Shown here piece by piece: positions 21,865-29,411 of a stretch of DNA of 64,000 nucleotides. Below the pieces are notes generated by a model. It worked only from the letters and a program-made list of their open reading frames with translations. It searched no databases and was not told where the DNA came from. Numbering within the stretch: the stretch's first letter is position 1; each line of letters begins with the position of its first letter. A program made the position numbers and the translations under genes. The stretch lies in assembly GCA_033977065.1 (NCBI GenBank), contig JAXCHI010000004.1, forward strand, positions 32,001-96,000, written 5' to 3'. The stretch is from Candidatus Algichlamydia australiensis (lineage in GTDB: Bacteria; Chlamydiota; Chlamydiia; Chlamydiales; JAJFMI01).

Positions 21865-23613
21865 ATGGGTATCTATTCCAAAGAGAGTCTTGACAGGCTG
21901 CGTGAAAAAATTGATTTACAGGAGCTGCTCGGCTCTTACCTTGAGATGAAACGCAGTGGCTCTACCTACAAAGCGTGCTGTCCCTTTCACGAAGAGAAAA
22001 CACCCTCTTTCATCGTACGGCAGGGTGATTCACACTACCACTGCTTTGGTTGCGGAGCTCATGGCGATGCAATCGCCTTTTTGATGGGGCATCTCAAACT
22101 CTCATTCCAAGAGGCGGTTGAGCAACTTGCTGAACGCTATCACGTCATTTTAGAAGAGGTAGATGGAGAGCAGAAAAAAGGCCCCAGCACACGAGAGCTT
22201 GTAGAGATCGTAGAAAAAGCTGCTGACTTTTACCACTTTTGCCTTCTTCACACAGATGAGGGTCACAAGGCGCTGCACTATCTCTTTTCTCGAGGACTCG
22301 ATTTAAACTTTGTCAAACTCTTTCGTTTGGGATATGCGCCAGCTGATCGGACCATCATGCCGCAAGCGATGAAAGAACAAAAAATCTTTATGCCCTTGCT
22401 TGAAACTGTTGGTCTTACCAAAGGCGGTAAAGATCTCTATTCGGGTCGTCTCCTCTTTCCTATTTTGGATGGGCGCGGACGTGTCATTGGATTTTCTGGT
22501 CGTAAATTTCAAGAGGAGACATACGGACCTAAGTATTACAATACGCCCGAAACGCCCCTCTTTAAAAAATCAAAAGTTCTCTATGGCCTCTCTCATTCAC
22601 GCAAACGTATTGCCAAAGAGCGCAAGGTGCTCATTGTCGAAGGTCAGATCGACACCTTGCGCATGATCGCTGCCGGCTTTAACCTCACCGTAGCAGGACA
22701 GGGGACAGCTTTTGGCAAAGAGCAAGCCAAAGAGCTTATCAATCTGGGCGTGCAAGAAATTTATCTACTCTTTGATGGCGATCAGGCGGGAAAAGAGGCT
22801 GCTGTAAAAGTAGGGGATCTTTTTCAACGAGAAGGGATTGAAGTCTTTGTTGCACAATTTCCTGAAGGCAAAGATCCCGATCTTATCTTGCAAGAAGAGG
22901 GGACAAAACAGTTAAAAAGTTACATTGAAAAGAGCATCGGTTATCTTCCCTTTGTCGTAGAGCTTTTAAAAGGGAACCAGCCGTTAACTCCTGCAAGAAA
23001 AAATCAACTTGTCAAAGAGATTGGTGCGCGCATACGCGGTTGGGATCATCCGCTTATGGTGCATGAGAGCTTGCGCAAACTCGCGCAACTACTTTCACTC
23101 CCTGAAGAGGTGCTGCGTTCTGAAATGCCCGAGAGCCCCACACTCTACATCAAACAGCAGGGGAGCGCCCTAGAAAATCGTGAACTCAACCCCGACCGTA
23201 TTCTAGAAGCGGACCTCATGCGCTGGCTTGTTTTTGCAGACGATGAGCTTCTTAAAATCGCACGAGAAAATCTTACTCCCGACCACTTCCGCACGCCCGC
23301 CTACAAACGCCTCTTTACCCTCTTTACAGAAGGGACTCCACCCAAAGATCTTCTCGATCTTGCTTCTCAAATGGAGAGCGTGGAAGATCAACTTCTCCTC
23401 TCAGAACTTCTCCACAAACGCATCAATCGCGAGCGCGCCAAAGAGGGGATGATCAAAACCGTAGAAGAACTTTTAAAGCGCAGCTGGATGCAGCGCCGCG
23501 AGTCTCTGCGCTATCAAATGCAGCGCACAGGCTTAACCGACGAGCGCCTCTTTGAACTTGCAAAAGAGTTTGATGCATTGAAATCGCACCCGCCGGAGGT
23601 AAGGTGCACTTAA
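21865..23613 (+). CDS. dnaG: DNA primase
   Basis: CPFHEEKTPSF..CFGC zinc finger, KYYNTPET, VEGQID, FDGDQAG toprim motifs. Confidence 0.97.
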   Translation: MGIYSKESLDRLREKIDLQELLGSYLEMKRSGSTYKACCPFHEEKTPSFIVRQGDSHYHCFGCGAHGDAIAFLMGHLKLSFQEAVEQLAERYHVILEEVDGEQKKGPSTRELVEIVEKAADFYHFCLLHTDEGHKALHYLFSRGLDLNFVKLFRLGYAPADRTIMPQAMKEQKIFMPLLETVGLTKGGKDLYSGRLLFPILDGRGRVIGFSGRKFQEETYGPKYYNTPETPLFKKSKVLYGLSHSRKRIAKERKVLIVEGQIDTLRMIAAGFNLTVAGQGTAFGKEQAKELINLGVQEIYLLFDGDQAGKEAAVKVGDLFQREGIEVFVAQFPEGKDPDLILQEEGTKQLKSYIEKSIGYLPFVVELLKGNQPLTPARKNQLVKEIGARIRGWDHPLMVHESLRKLAQLLSLPEEVLRSEMPESPTLYIKQQGSALENRELNPDRILEADLMRWLVFADDELLKIARENLTPDHFRTPAYKRLFTLFTEGTPPKDLLDLASQMESVEDQLLLSELLHKRINRERAKEGMIKTVEELLKRSWMQRRESLRYQMQRTGLTDERLFELAKEFDALKSHPPEVRCT

Positions 23614-23870
23614 TATTTTTCGACGATCAGTGTCCACTTTGCCAACGCGCAGTTGCAATTGCTAAAAAGGCAGATCGCAAAAATATCTGCGAATTTCATC
23701 CCCTCGCTTCTGAAAAAGCTAAGCCTTATCTTGAACAGGATCGCGACACCTTTATTTTAATAGAAAATGGGGAGAAAAAGTGGCTCTATGCCAAGGGCAT
23801 TTTCCGCCTCCTTTGGCTTCTTGGAGGCAAGTGGGCTCTTTTGGGCTGGCTCTATATTTTGCCTAAGTGG
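23374..23870 (+). repeat. Direct repeat copy 1: dnaG 3' end plus DCC gene (~500 bp)
   Basis: Highly similar to 24910-25407. Confidence 0.92.
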
Positions 23871-23921
23871 TTGATCGATCCTATATATAGATTTATAGCA
23901 AAGCACCGTATATATAATTAA
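23604..23921 (+). CDS. DCC1-like (DUF393) thiol-disulfide oxidoreductase
   Basis: IFFDDQCPLC (DxxCxxC) motif; YRFIAKHR. Confidence 0.85.
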   Translation: MHLIFFDDQCPLCQRAVAIAKKADRKNICEFHPLASEKAKPYLEQDRDTFILIENGEKKWLYAKGIFRLLWLLGGKWALLGWLYILPKWLIDPIYRFIAKHRIYN

Positions 23922-23986
23922 TTTTTTTAATTAAATGATTAATCATTTTTCTTGAAAAGAATTTATTAAATGTTTAACATCCATGT

Positions 23987-24586
23987 ATGAATATATTAAC
24001 AAGTGTCTTGCAAGAGAGCTCTTTTTTTGGATTTATTGGGGAGAATCGAAGAATTGTAGTAGGGGTTACTGCTGTTACTGTGGGAATTGTTTCTGGTGTA
24101 GCTGTAAAATTATTTTTTGACACTGGTTATCAAAAACAAAAAGAAAGAGAAGATGATCTTGCATCAAAACAGCAAGAGCTACAACTTCTTATAAATAGTT
24201 GTGCGGAAGCAAAGGATAGACAGATAAAAATTTCGTTAGAAATTCTTGAACTTGTGGGTCGTATAAATGGCTTAAATCAGCTATTAGAAAACTTTGAGAA
24301 AGAACTTAATCAACGTACATTCACACTTACAAAAGAGGAAGTTTTTGATAAATTTAATTCTTTATATGAAGAATATTGTGAATATTCTAAAAACTATTTT
24401 CTTGCAGAAGGTGATTTAGTAATGCAAAATGGTTCTTTGGATCCTACTAGCATCACTTTTTTGGTTAATGAAAAAGCTATCTTAGAAAGCCATAATGCAA
24501 AAGTCGATGAGTATTTTCATAACTTTTTAAAAGCTGAATCTGATCTTTTAAGAATCAAGGCGGATATGGATACAGGAAGAGTGTAA
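23987..24586 (+). CDS. Hypothetical protein with N-terminal TM and coiled coil
   Basis: AT-rich ORF; one TM segment followed by heptad-like helices. Confidence 0.7.
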   Translation: MNILTSVLQESSFFGFIGENRRIVVGVTAVTVGIVSGVAVKLFFDTGYQKQKEREDDLASKQQELQLLINSCAEAKDRQIKISLEILELVGRINGLNQLLENFEKELNQRTFTLTKEEVFDKFNSLYEEYCEYSKNYFLAEGDLVMQNGSLDPTSITFLVNEKAILESHNAKVDEYFHNFLKAESDLLRIKADMDTGRV

Positions 24587-24811
24587 AAAGCTTGTAAAAA
24601 AAGCTGATGTAACTCCCGCTTGTCACAAGGCTTTTCGCCTTTTTGGGAGAATTTGACGAAATTGGCTTTTACATAAGCCTTAGTTGTTGATTGATTCCAC
24701 ATATCGATTTTTCGCAATAAATAGACTTTAAACCCTTTACAATCAGTGGATTGCAATAAGTGTTTCACTCCAAATTAACAAAAGAAGATTTTGGTGTGAA
24801 CTGGTGAATAT

Positions 24812-24918
24812 ATGACGAAGTTTTTTGGAAGAGAAAATGAACTCAAAAAGCTAAGAGAATTATTAAAAAAGAAGCTCCTAGCTTAGTTGTGATCAAGGGA
24901 AGAAGAATTGAAAAGTGT
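24812..24918 (+). pseudogene. 5' stub of an AAA/archaeal-ATPase-family gene
   Basis: MTKFFGRENELKKLRELL, then a frameshift to SLVVIKGRRIEK (degenerate GRRRIGKS Walker A). Confidence 0.65.
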
Positions 24919-25407
24919 AGAAGATCAACTACTCCTCTCAGATCTCCTGCACAAGCGCATCAATCGCGAGCGCGCCAAAGAGGGGATGATCAAAACCGTA
25001 GAAGAACTTTTAAAGCGCAGCTGGATGCAGCGCCGCGAGTCTTTGCGCTATCAAATGCAGCGGACAGGCCTGACCGACGAGCGCCTCTTTGAACTTGCAA
25101 AAGAGTTTGATGCATTGAAATCGCACCCGCCGGAGGTAAGGTGCACTTAATATTTTTCGACGATCAGTGTCCACTTTGCCAACGCGCAGTTGCAATCGTA
25201 AAGAAAGCAGATTGCAAAAATATCTGCGAATTTCATCCCCTCGCATCTGAAAAAGCCAAACCTTATCTTGAACAGGATCGCGACACCTTTATTTTAATGG
25301 AAAATGGCAAGAAAAAATGGCTCTATGCCAAGGGCGTTTTTCGCTTGCTCTGGCTGCTTGGAGGCAAATGGGCCCTAATCGGTTGGCTCTATATTTTGCC
25401 TAAGTGG
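24910..25407 (+). repeat. Direct repeat copy 2: orphan dnaG 3' fragment plus DCC gene
   Basis: Encodes SVEDQLLLSDLLHKR...PPEVRCT, near-identical to the DnaG C-terminus. Confidence 0.92.
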
Positions 25408-25461
25408 CTAATAAATCCACTCTATCGCTTGTTTGCTCGTAATAGAAATTATTTCAATTGA
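25141..25461 (+). CDS. DCC1-like thiol-disulfide oxidoreductase, second copy
   Basis: Near-identical to 23604-23921 except the C-terminus. Confidence 0.85.
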   Translation: MHLIFFDDQCPLCQRAVAIVKKADCKNICEFHPLASEKAKPYLEQDRDTFILMENGKKKWLYAKGVFRLLWLLGGKWALIGWLYILPKWLINPLYRLFARNRNYFN

Positions 25462-25661
25462 ATTTAAAGGTTTTTTTTGCTATAATTTCTTCCAGAAGAT
25501 CTATGAATGAGGATTGGGAAGAGCTTAACATAGTTCTATCGAGTGTCCCAAAGCAGTTAGACTTCATAAATGGTTACTTGCAAAGAAGAAAAAAGCATTT
25601 AGAATGGGAAAAAGATTCTTAACTTTGAACTTAGCCAGAAAAGTTTATAAGAAAATGTAGT

Positions 25662-26306
25662 ATGAATGAAGTTCCAAAATATCTGCCACCAAAAGAATAT
25701 AAATATTCTTTCGAATTTATTAGAAAAAATCAAAAAATTTTCATTGCTGCCTCTCTTACAGTAGTGGTTGCAATTATGGTTTTTGGGAGTATTGAATATT
25801 TTCGCTTAGTTTTAGCAGATAAAAAGAAGAAACGAAGAGCAACTGTAACGGATCTTGATGCAATCACGCCAGTCTTACGCGCTGAAGCAGATGGTTATGT
25901 AGCTTCAGCAGAGATAAGAATAAAAACTTATGAACGCATTCCTACACTTATAGACCGCTTTAAAAAGTTGAATCAGTCCTTGAAGGGTCATGAGAATGAG
26001 TTTATTGAATGCAAAGCATTAAAGAGTAAAAGGGAGCAAGTGTTTGCTGGCTTCACTCAACTGGAAAATTTATTTCAGCGATATTTTTCAGAGGAATATA
26101 AACCTGAACTCAACTCAACTAGAGAGTGGAATTTTGAAAATATGACCGAGATTGAGCATTTTTTCGAAGTAAAAGCGCGAAGGGATAGACACACAGAAAA
26201 GATCAATGAGTTTTTCCAAAGTTTTCGAACTCATGAAACAGATCTTTTAACAATTAAAGCTACTTATGAACGAATCATGTTAATGGATTCTTCTGAAAAT
26301 CAATGA
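25662..26306 (+). CDS. Hypothetical TM plus coiled-coil protein, paralogue of 23987-24586
   Basis: Same architecture; ETDLLTIKA vs ESDLLRIKA near the C-terminus. Confidence 0.72.
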   Translation: MNEVPKYLPPKEYKYSFEFIRKNQKIFIAASLTVVVAIMVFGSIEYFRLVLADKKKKRRATVTDLDAITPVLRAEADGYVASAEIRIKTYERIPTLIDRFKKLNQSLKGHENEFIECKALKSKREQVFAGFTQLENLFQRYFSEEYKPELNSTREWNFENMTEIEHFFEVKARRDRHTEKINEFFQSFRTHETDLLTIKATYERIMLMDSSENQ

Positions 26307-26354
26307 TTTTTTGTTAGTATAGATCGTGAAAGGGTTTATATAGGATGATTTAAG

Positions 26355-26969
26355 ATGAAGATTGATTACTCCAAGGTTGGTCATTCTTTTCCGTTGAGTG
26401 TTCAGCTTTCTCTAAATAAGGATAAAATTTTTGCTGCATCGGCCACTATCGTTTATGTGTCATTACTCATTTTTATCGGACAAAAAGCCTATGCTTATGG
26501 ACGTGCAGTTGAGCGTAGAAAGTTTAAAGAAAAACACAAAAAAATTGACTCTGATAATAATATTTTACAAAAAAAATTATGTGAGAATTCTGAATTGTAC
26601 AAAACTTATAGTGTTTTGAGAAAAAGTAATATTGATAAGATTAATGAGTTATATAAATTTCTAGGTTCTCTTCGTAGAAGTTCAATTCCAAAAGAATTAA
26701 AACCAGAATTTAAACAAATAAGAAAAGATTTGGGTTCCTGTTTCGCAACTTGGCGAGAGATATTTGCTTCGCAAAGAGAAAGGCTCAAGATTGATCGTGA
26801 AATAGGTTCGGTTTCTGTAGATAAGGCTGGTATTAAAATTGTTGATGAGACTAATGAATGTACAAATTCAGCAATTGTTGCACTACAAGCTTTGGCTATT
26901 CGAACACATGATTTAGAAAAGCGAATTGCGAGATTTAACACAATTTCTTCAGGTGGGGGGGGGAAGTAG
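26355..26969 (+). CDS. Hypothetical TM plus coiled-coil protein
   Basis: NKDKIFAASATIVYVSLLIFIG TM, basic stretch, helical tail. Confidence 0.7.
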   Translation: MKIDYSKVGHSFPLSVQLSLNKDKIFAASATIVYVSLLIFIGQKAYAYGRAVERRKFKEKHKKIDSDNNILQKKLCENSELYKTYSVLRKSNIDKINELYKFLGSLRRSSIPKELKPEFKQIRKDLGSCFATWREIFASQRERLKIDREIGSVSVDKAGIKIVDETNECTNSAIVALQALAIRTHDLEKRIARFNTISSGGGGK

Positions 26970-26981
26970 CAATCTTTCTAC

Positions 26982-27117
26982 TTACTCTTGAATTTTGCGG
27001 AAGTCCAGCAGCTCTTCAAAGCGAGCAAAGACTTTTTGCAAAAGCGCCAGGCGATTTTCTTGTGTTTTAGGATCATCTGCTAAAATTTTCACATTATCAA
27101 AGAGGTCAGCAAGAGGG
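26982..27117 (-). repeat. Orphan duplicate of the glyQS 3' end (136 bp)
   Basis: Matches 29412-29547 with 8 mismatches. Confidence 0.92.
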
Positions 27118-27254
27118 TTAGAAAAAGTAGGCTTACAGTCGATTTTGAAAAAGAATTTGAAAATATTCCTGCTTTTTCCAAAAATCCTCTTGGCTAATAA
27201 ATCCGCTCTACCGATTCACAAACTCTCTCTAATATCCCATACTAGAAATAGTGT

Positions 27255-28922
27255 TCATTTATTTCTTTTACTTTTAGTTACACTCATTCTTTGATTGAAG
27301 ATATCATCTGCTGTTAGACCATCGTGATTTTTGATAGCAAAAAAATCTGCATTTTTTTTCTTAGCAGCCTCTACAATCATTTTATATGACTTCTTGCGGC
27401 AGTAGAAGGCAGCTATATGTAAAGTAGTGTTTCCTTTATCTCCAATAGATTGATCGAAAAGGGCTTCAATTTTTAAAAGAGATGAAATGAAATTAGTGTT
27501 ATTTTTACAGATAGCTGTTTCTAGTAAACTTTTTCCTGTTTCTGGGTGGCGCCAAAAACGATTAAAATTGCTTTTTAGAATAATATTTACCCCCTTTGTC
27601 CAACCATAATTCATTGATTGGGAAAGAAAAGAAGCTAGCAAGTCTGCGTCTTGGTTTTTAATTACATTTTTAAGAGCTTCAACATCTTTATTTAGAAAAA
27701 TTCTATGGATACTTTCATGCTTAACACGCCTTTTTTTTCGAGCAGGTGTTGTTGGGTACCTTTTTTTCCGAATCTCAGTAGGCGTTAACTCGTCATTATT
27801 TTTAATCGGTAAAAGAAGTTCCTTTTTATCTCTAATAGCTTCTAAAATTGTATTATAATTTTGTCGGCCACAAAATTTTGCTGCTAAGTGTAAAACCGTA
27901 TTTCCTTCTTGATCTCGAAAGTTTTCAATAGAGTCCATAGCTTTTAATAATTTTATAATATAAATTCTATGATTTTTGCGCATTGCAATCTCTAATAAAG
28001 TCTTGCCATTTTTTGGGTTCAACCAAACAGGGTTAAAATCATGATTTAAAATTTCTTCTATTCCTTCTTTCCACGCTCTGCGAAAAACAACATTCAGAAA
28101 AGAAGACAAACAATCAGCGCTTTTGCCTTGCAATAATTTTTTTAGCTTTCTGAGGTCTTTATTTTTTGTAATTTCTACTATTTCTATTACTGGTCGTTTT
28201 TTGTTTTTTGTATTTTTTATTGAGTAGATTTTTCTTGCTAAAAGAATACTTTCTACTGTGAGACCCATGTTGTTTTTAATCATTAAAAAAGATTTTTTCT
28301 CATTGTCAAGAGAATCTAAAAGCATGCGGCAAGTTTCAATTTTTCCAAAACCAGCTGCTAAATGTAGAGTTGTATCACCATCTTCGTTCTGAAAATTATC
28401 GATTTCAGCTCCAAGGAATAAAAATCTTTCTATAAGAAAAGCCTCCCACTTACTGGAGATAGCTTGATCGAGTAAAGTTTTTTTTGTTCCGGGGTTTCGC
28501 CACTTAAAATTGATACTACTTTCTAAAAGAACAGGTACGCCGTCTATCCATTCATTTTCTATTACCCCATAGAGTATATGAGCTAAACAGTCAGGGTCTT
28601 TTCCTTTAATAAATTCTTTTAATAAAGTGGTATCTTTTCTTGCTAAAATGGTTCCAATGTTCTCCCAAAACAGTTCCTTTGAATTTAATTGGGTATTCTC
28701 ACTTTTTTCCTTAGGATTAATAAAATCGTCTACAGCTATCATTTCTTCAAACAACTGAGGCTCATCACCTTCATAGATAGGAAAAGTAGCGCTTGGGTTA
28801 GGGCCTGAAAATAAAGTAGCCTCGGCAAACTTTTCATTATCTTGCTCATAGCGAGGAAAAGAATTTTTTTCTGTTTCTGTAAAATAGTCTTCAGCAGATC
28901 TTTTTCCTAGTATAGAAATCAT
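27255..28922 (-). CDS. Ankyrin repeat protein with three tandem modules
   Basis: GDTTLHLAA, GNTVLHLAA, GNTTLHIAA; KNNxGLT-like motif three times. Confidence 0.88.
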   Translation of the reverse strand: MISILGKRSAEDYFTETEKNSFPRYEQDNEKFAEATLFSGPNPSATFPIYEGDEPQLFEEMIAVDDFINPKEKSENTQLNSKELFWENIGTILARKDTTLLKEFIKGKDPDCLAHILYGVIENEWIDGVPVLLESSINFKWRNPGTKKTLLDQAISSKWEAFLIERFLFLGAEIDNFQNEDGDTTLHLAAGFGKIETCRMLLDSLDNEKKSFLMIKNNMGLTVESILLARKIYSIKNTKNKKRPVIEIVEITKNKDLRKLKKLLQGKSADCLSSFLNVVFRRAWKEGIEEILNHDFNPVWLNPKNGKTLLEIAMRKNHRIYIIKLLKAMDSIENFRDQEGNTVLHLAAKFCGRQNYNTILEAIRDKKELLLPIKNNDELTPTEIRKKRYPTTPARKKRRVKHESIHRIFLNKDVEALKNVIKNQDADLLASFLSQSMNYGWTKGVNIILKSNFNRFWRHPETGKSLLETAICKNNTNFISSLLKIEALFDQSIGDKGNTTLHIAAFYCRKKSYKMIVEAAKKKNADFFAIKNHDGLTADDIFNQRMSVTKSKRNK

Positions 28923-28972
28923 GATTTTTTTATTTATATTTTAACACCTGTGTTGCTACCCCCTTTCCTTAT

Positions 28973-29133
28973 GGAAACACTGAACAAGTCATGCACCGAT
29001 CCCACGGCCGAGAAATCCTAGAAAAGATTATTTTCAACCTCCAATAACTGCACACAGTTATTTACGGTCTCCAAATAGCCTTTTTTAGAATTTTTGGCTC
29101 GTGCTACCAGTACAGCACTTATTCAGCGTCTCC
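28973..29133. mobile_element. Palindromic MITE family A, full copy (161 bp)
   Basis: Aligns end to end with 6391-6551. Confidence 0.88.
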
Positions 29134-29137
29134 TTTT

Positions 29138-29172
29138 GGAAACACTGAACAACTCAGACTTTCCAAAAAGGA
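29138..29172. mobile_element. Left-end remnant of a family B-like MITE
   Basis: GGAAACACTGAACAACTCAGACTTTCCAAAAAGGA resembles GGATCCCTTGAATAACTCAGACTCTCCAATAAGGA at 11655. Confidence 0.6.
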
Positions 29173-29174
29173 TC

Positions 29175-29360
29175 GGCCTTGTTGCGTAAATAGCTGCGGA
29201 TAAAGACTTTCTTGTCAAAATTTCAGTAAGACTTTAAATTTTTGTTAATCACTACGAAGATTTAGAGGTTACACGAAAGAGACAAATAAAAAGTACATCA
29301 TCCGCAACTGGTCTGAATATAACAAATCCCTGAAAAAAAGAGGAAGCATCACTTTTTTGA
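29175..29360 (+). mobile_element. IS5-family (IS903 group) left end with truncated transposase
   Basis: IR-like GGCCTTGTTGCGTAAATA; peptide KYIIRNWSEYNKSLKKRGSITF typical of IS903-type N-termini. Confidence 0.8.
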
Positions 29361-29411
29361 CCTGCTCCCCAAAAAATTCAGGGAATGTGACGTACTGGTA
29401 CGTTAAAGCAT

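Noticed and set aside
24586..24680. Weak inverted repeat (AAGCTTGTAAAAAAAGC ... GGCTTTTACATAAGCCT)
   Set aside because: Too degenerate and single-copy here to call an element.
25503..25622. 39-codon ORF MNEDWEELN...
   Set aside because: No RBS or motif support; cannot be distinguished from chance.
26955..26963. G9 tract as a phase-variation site
   Set aside because: It lies two codons before the stop, so slippage would barely alter the protein.
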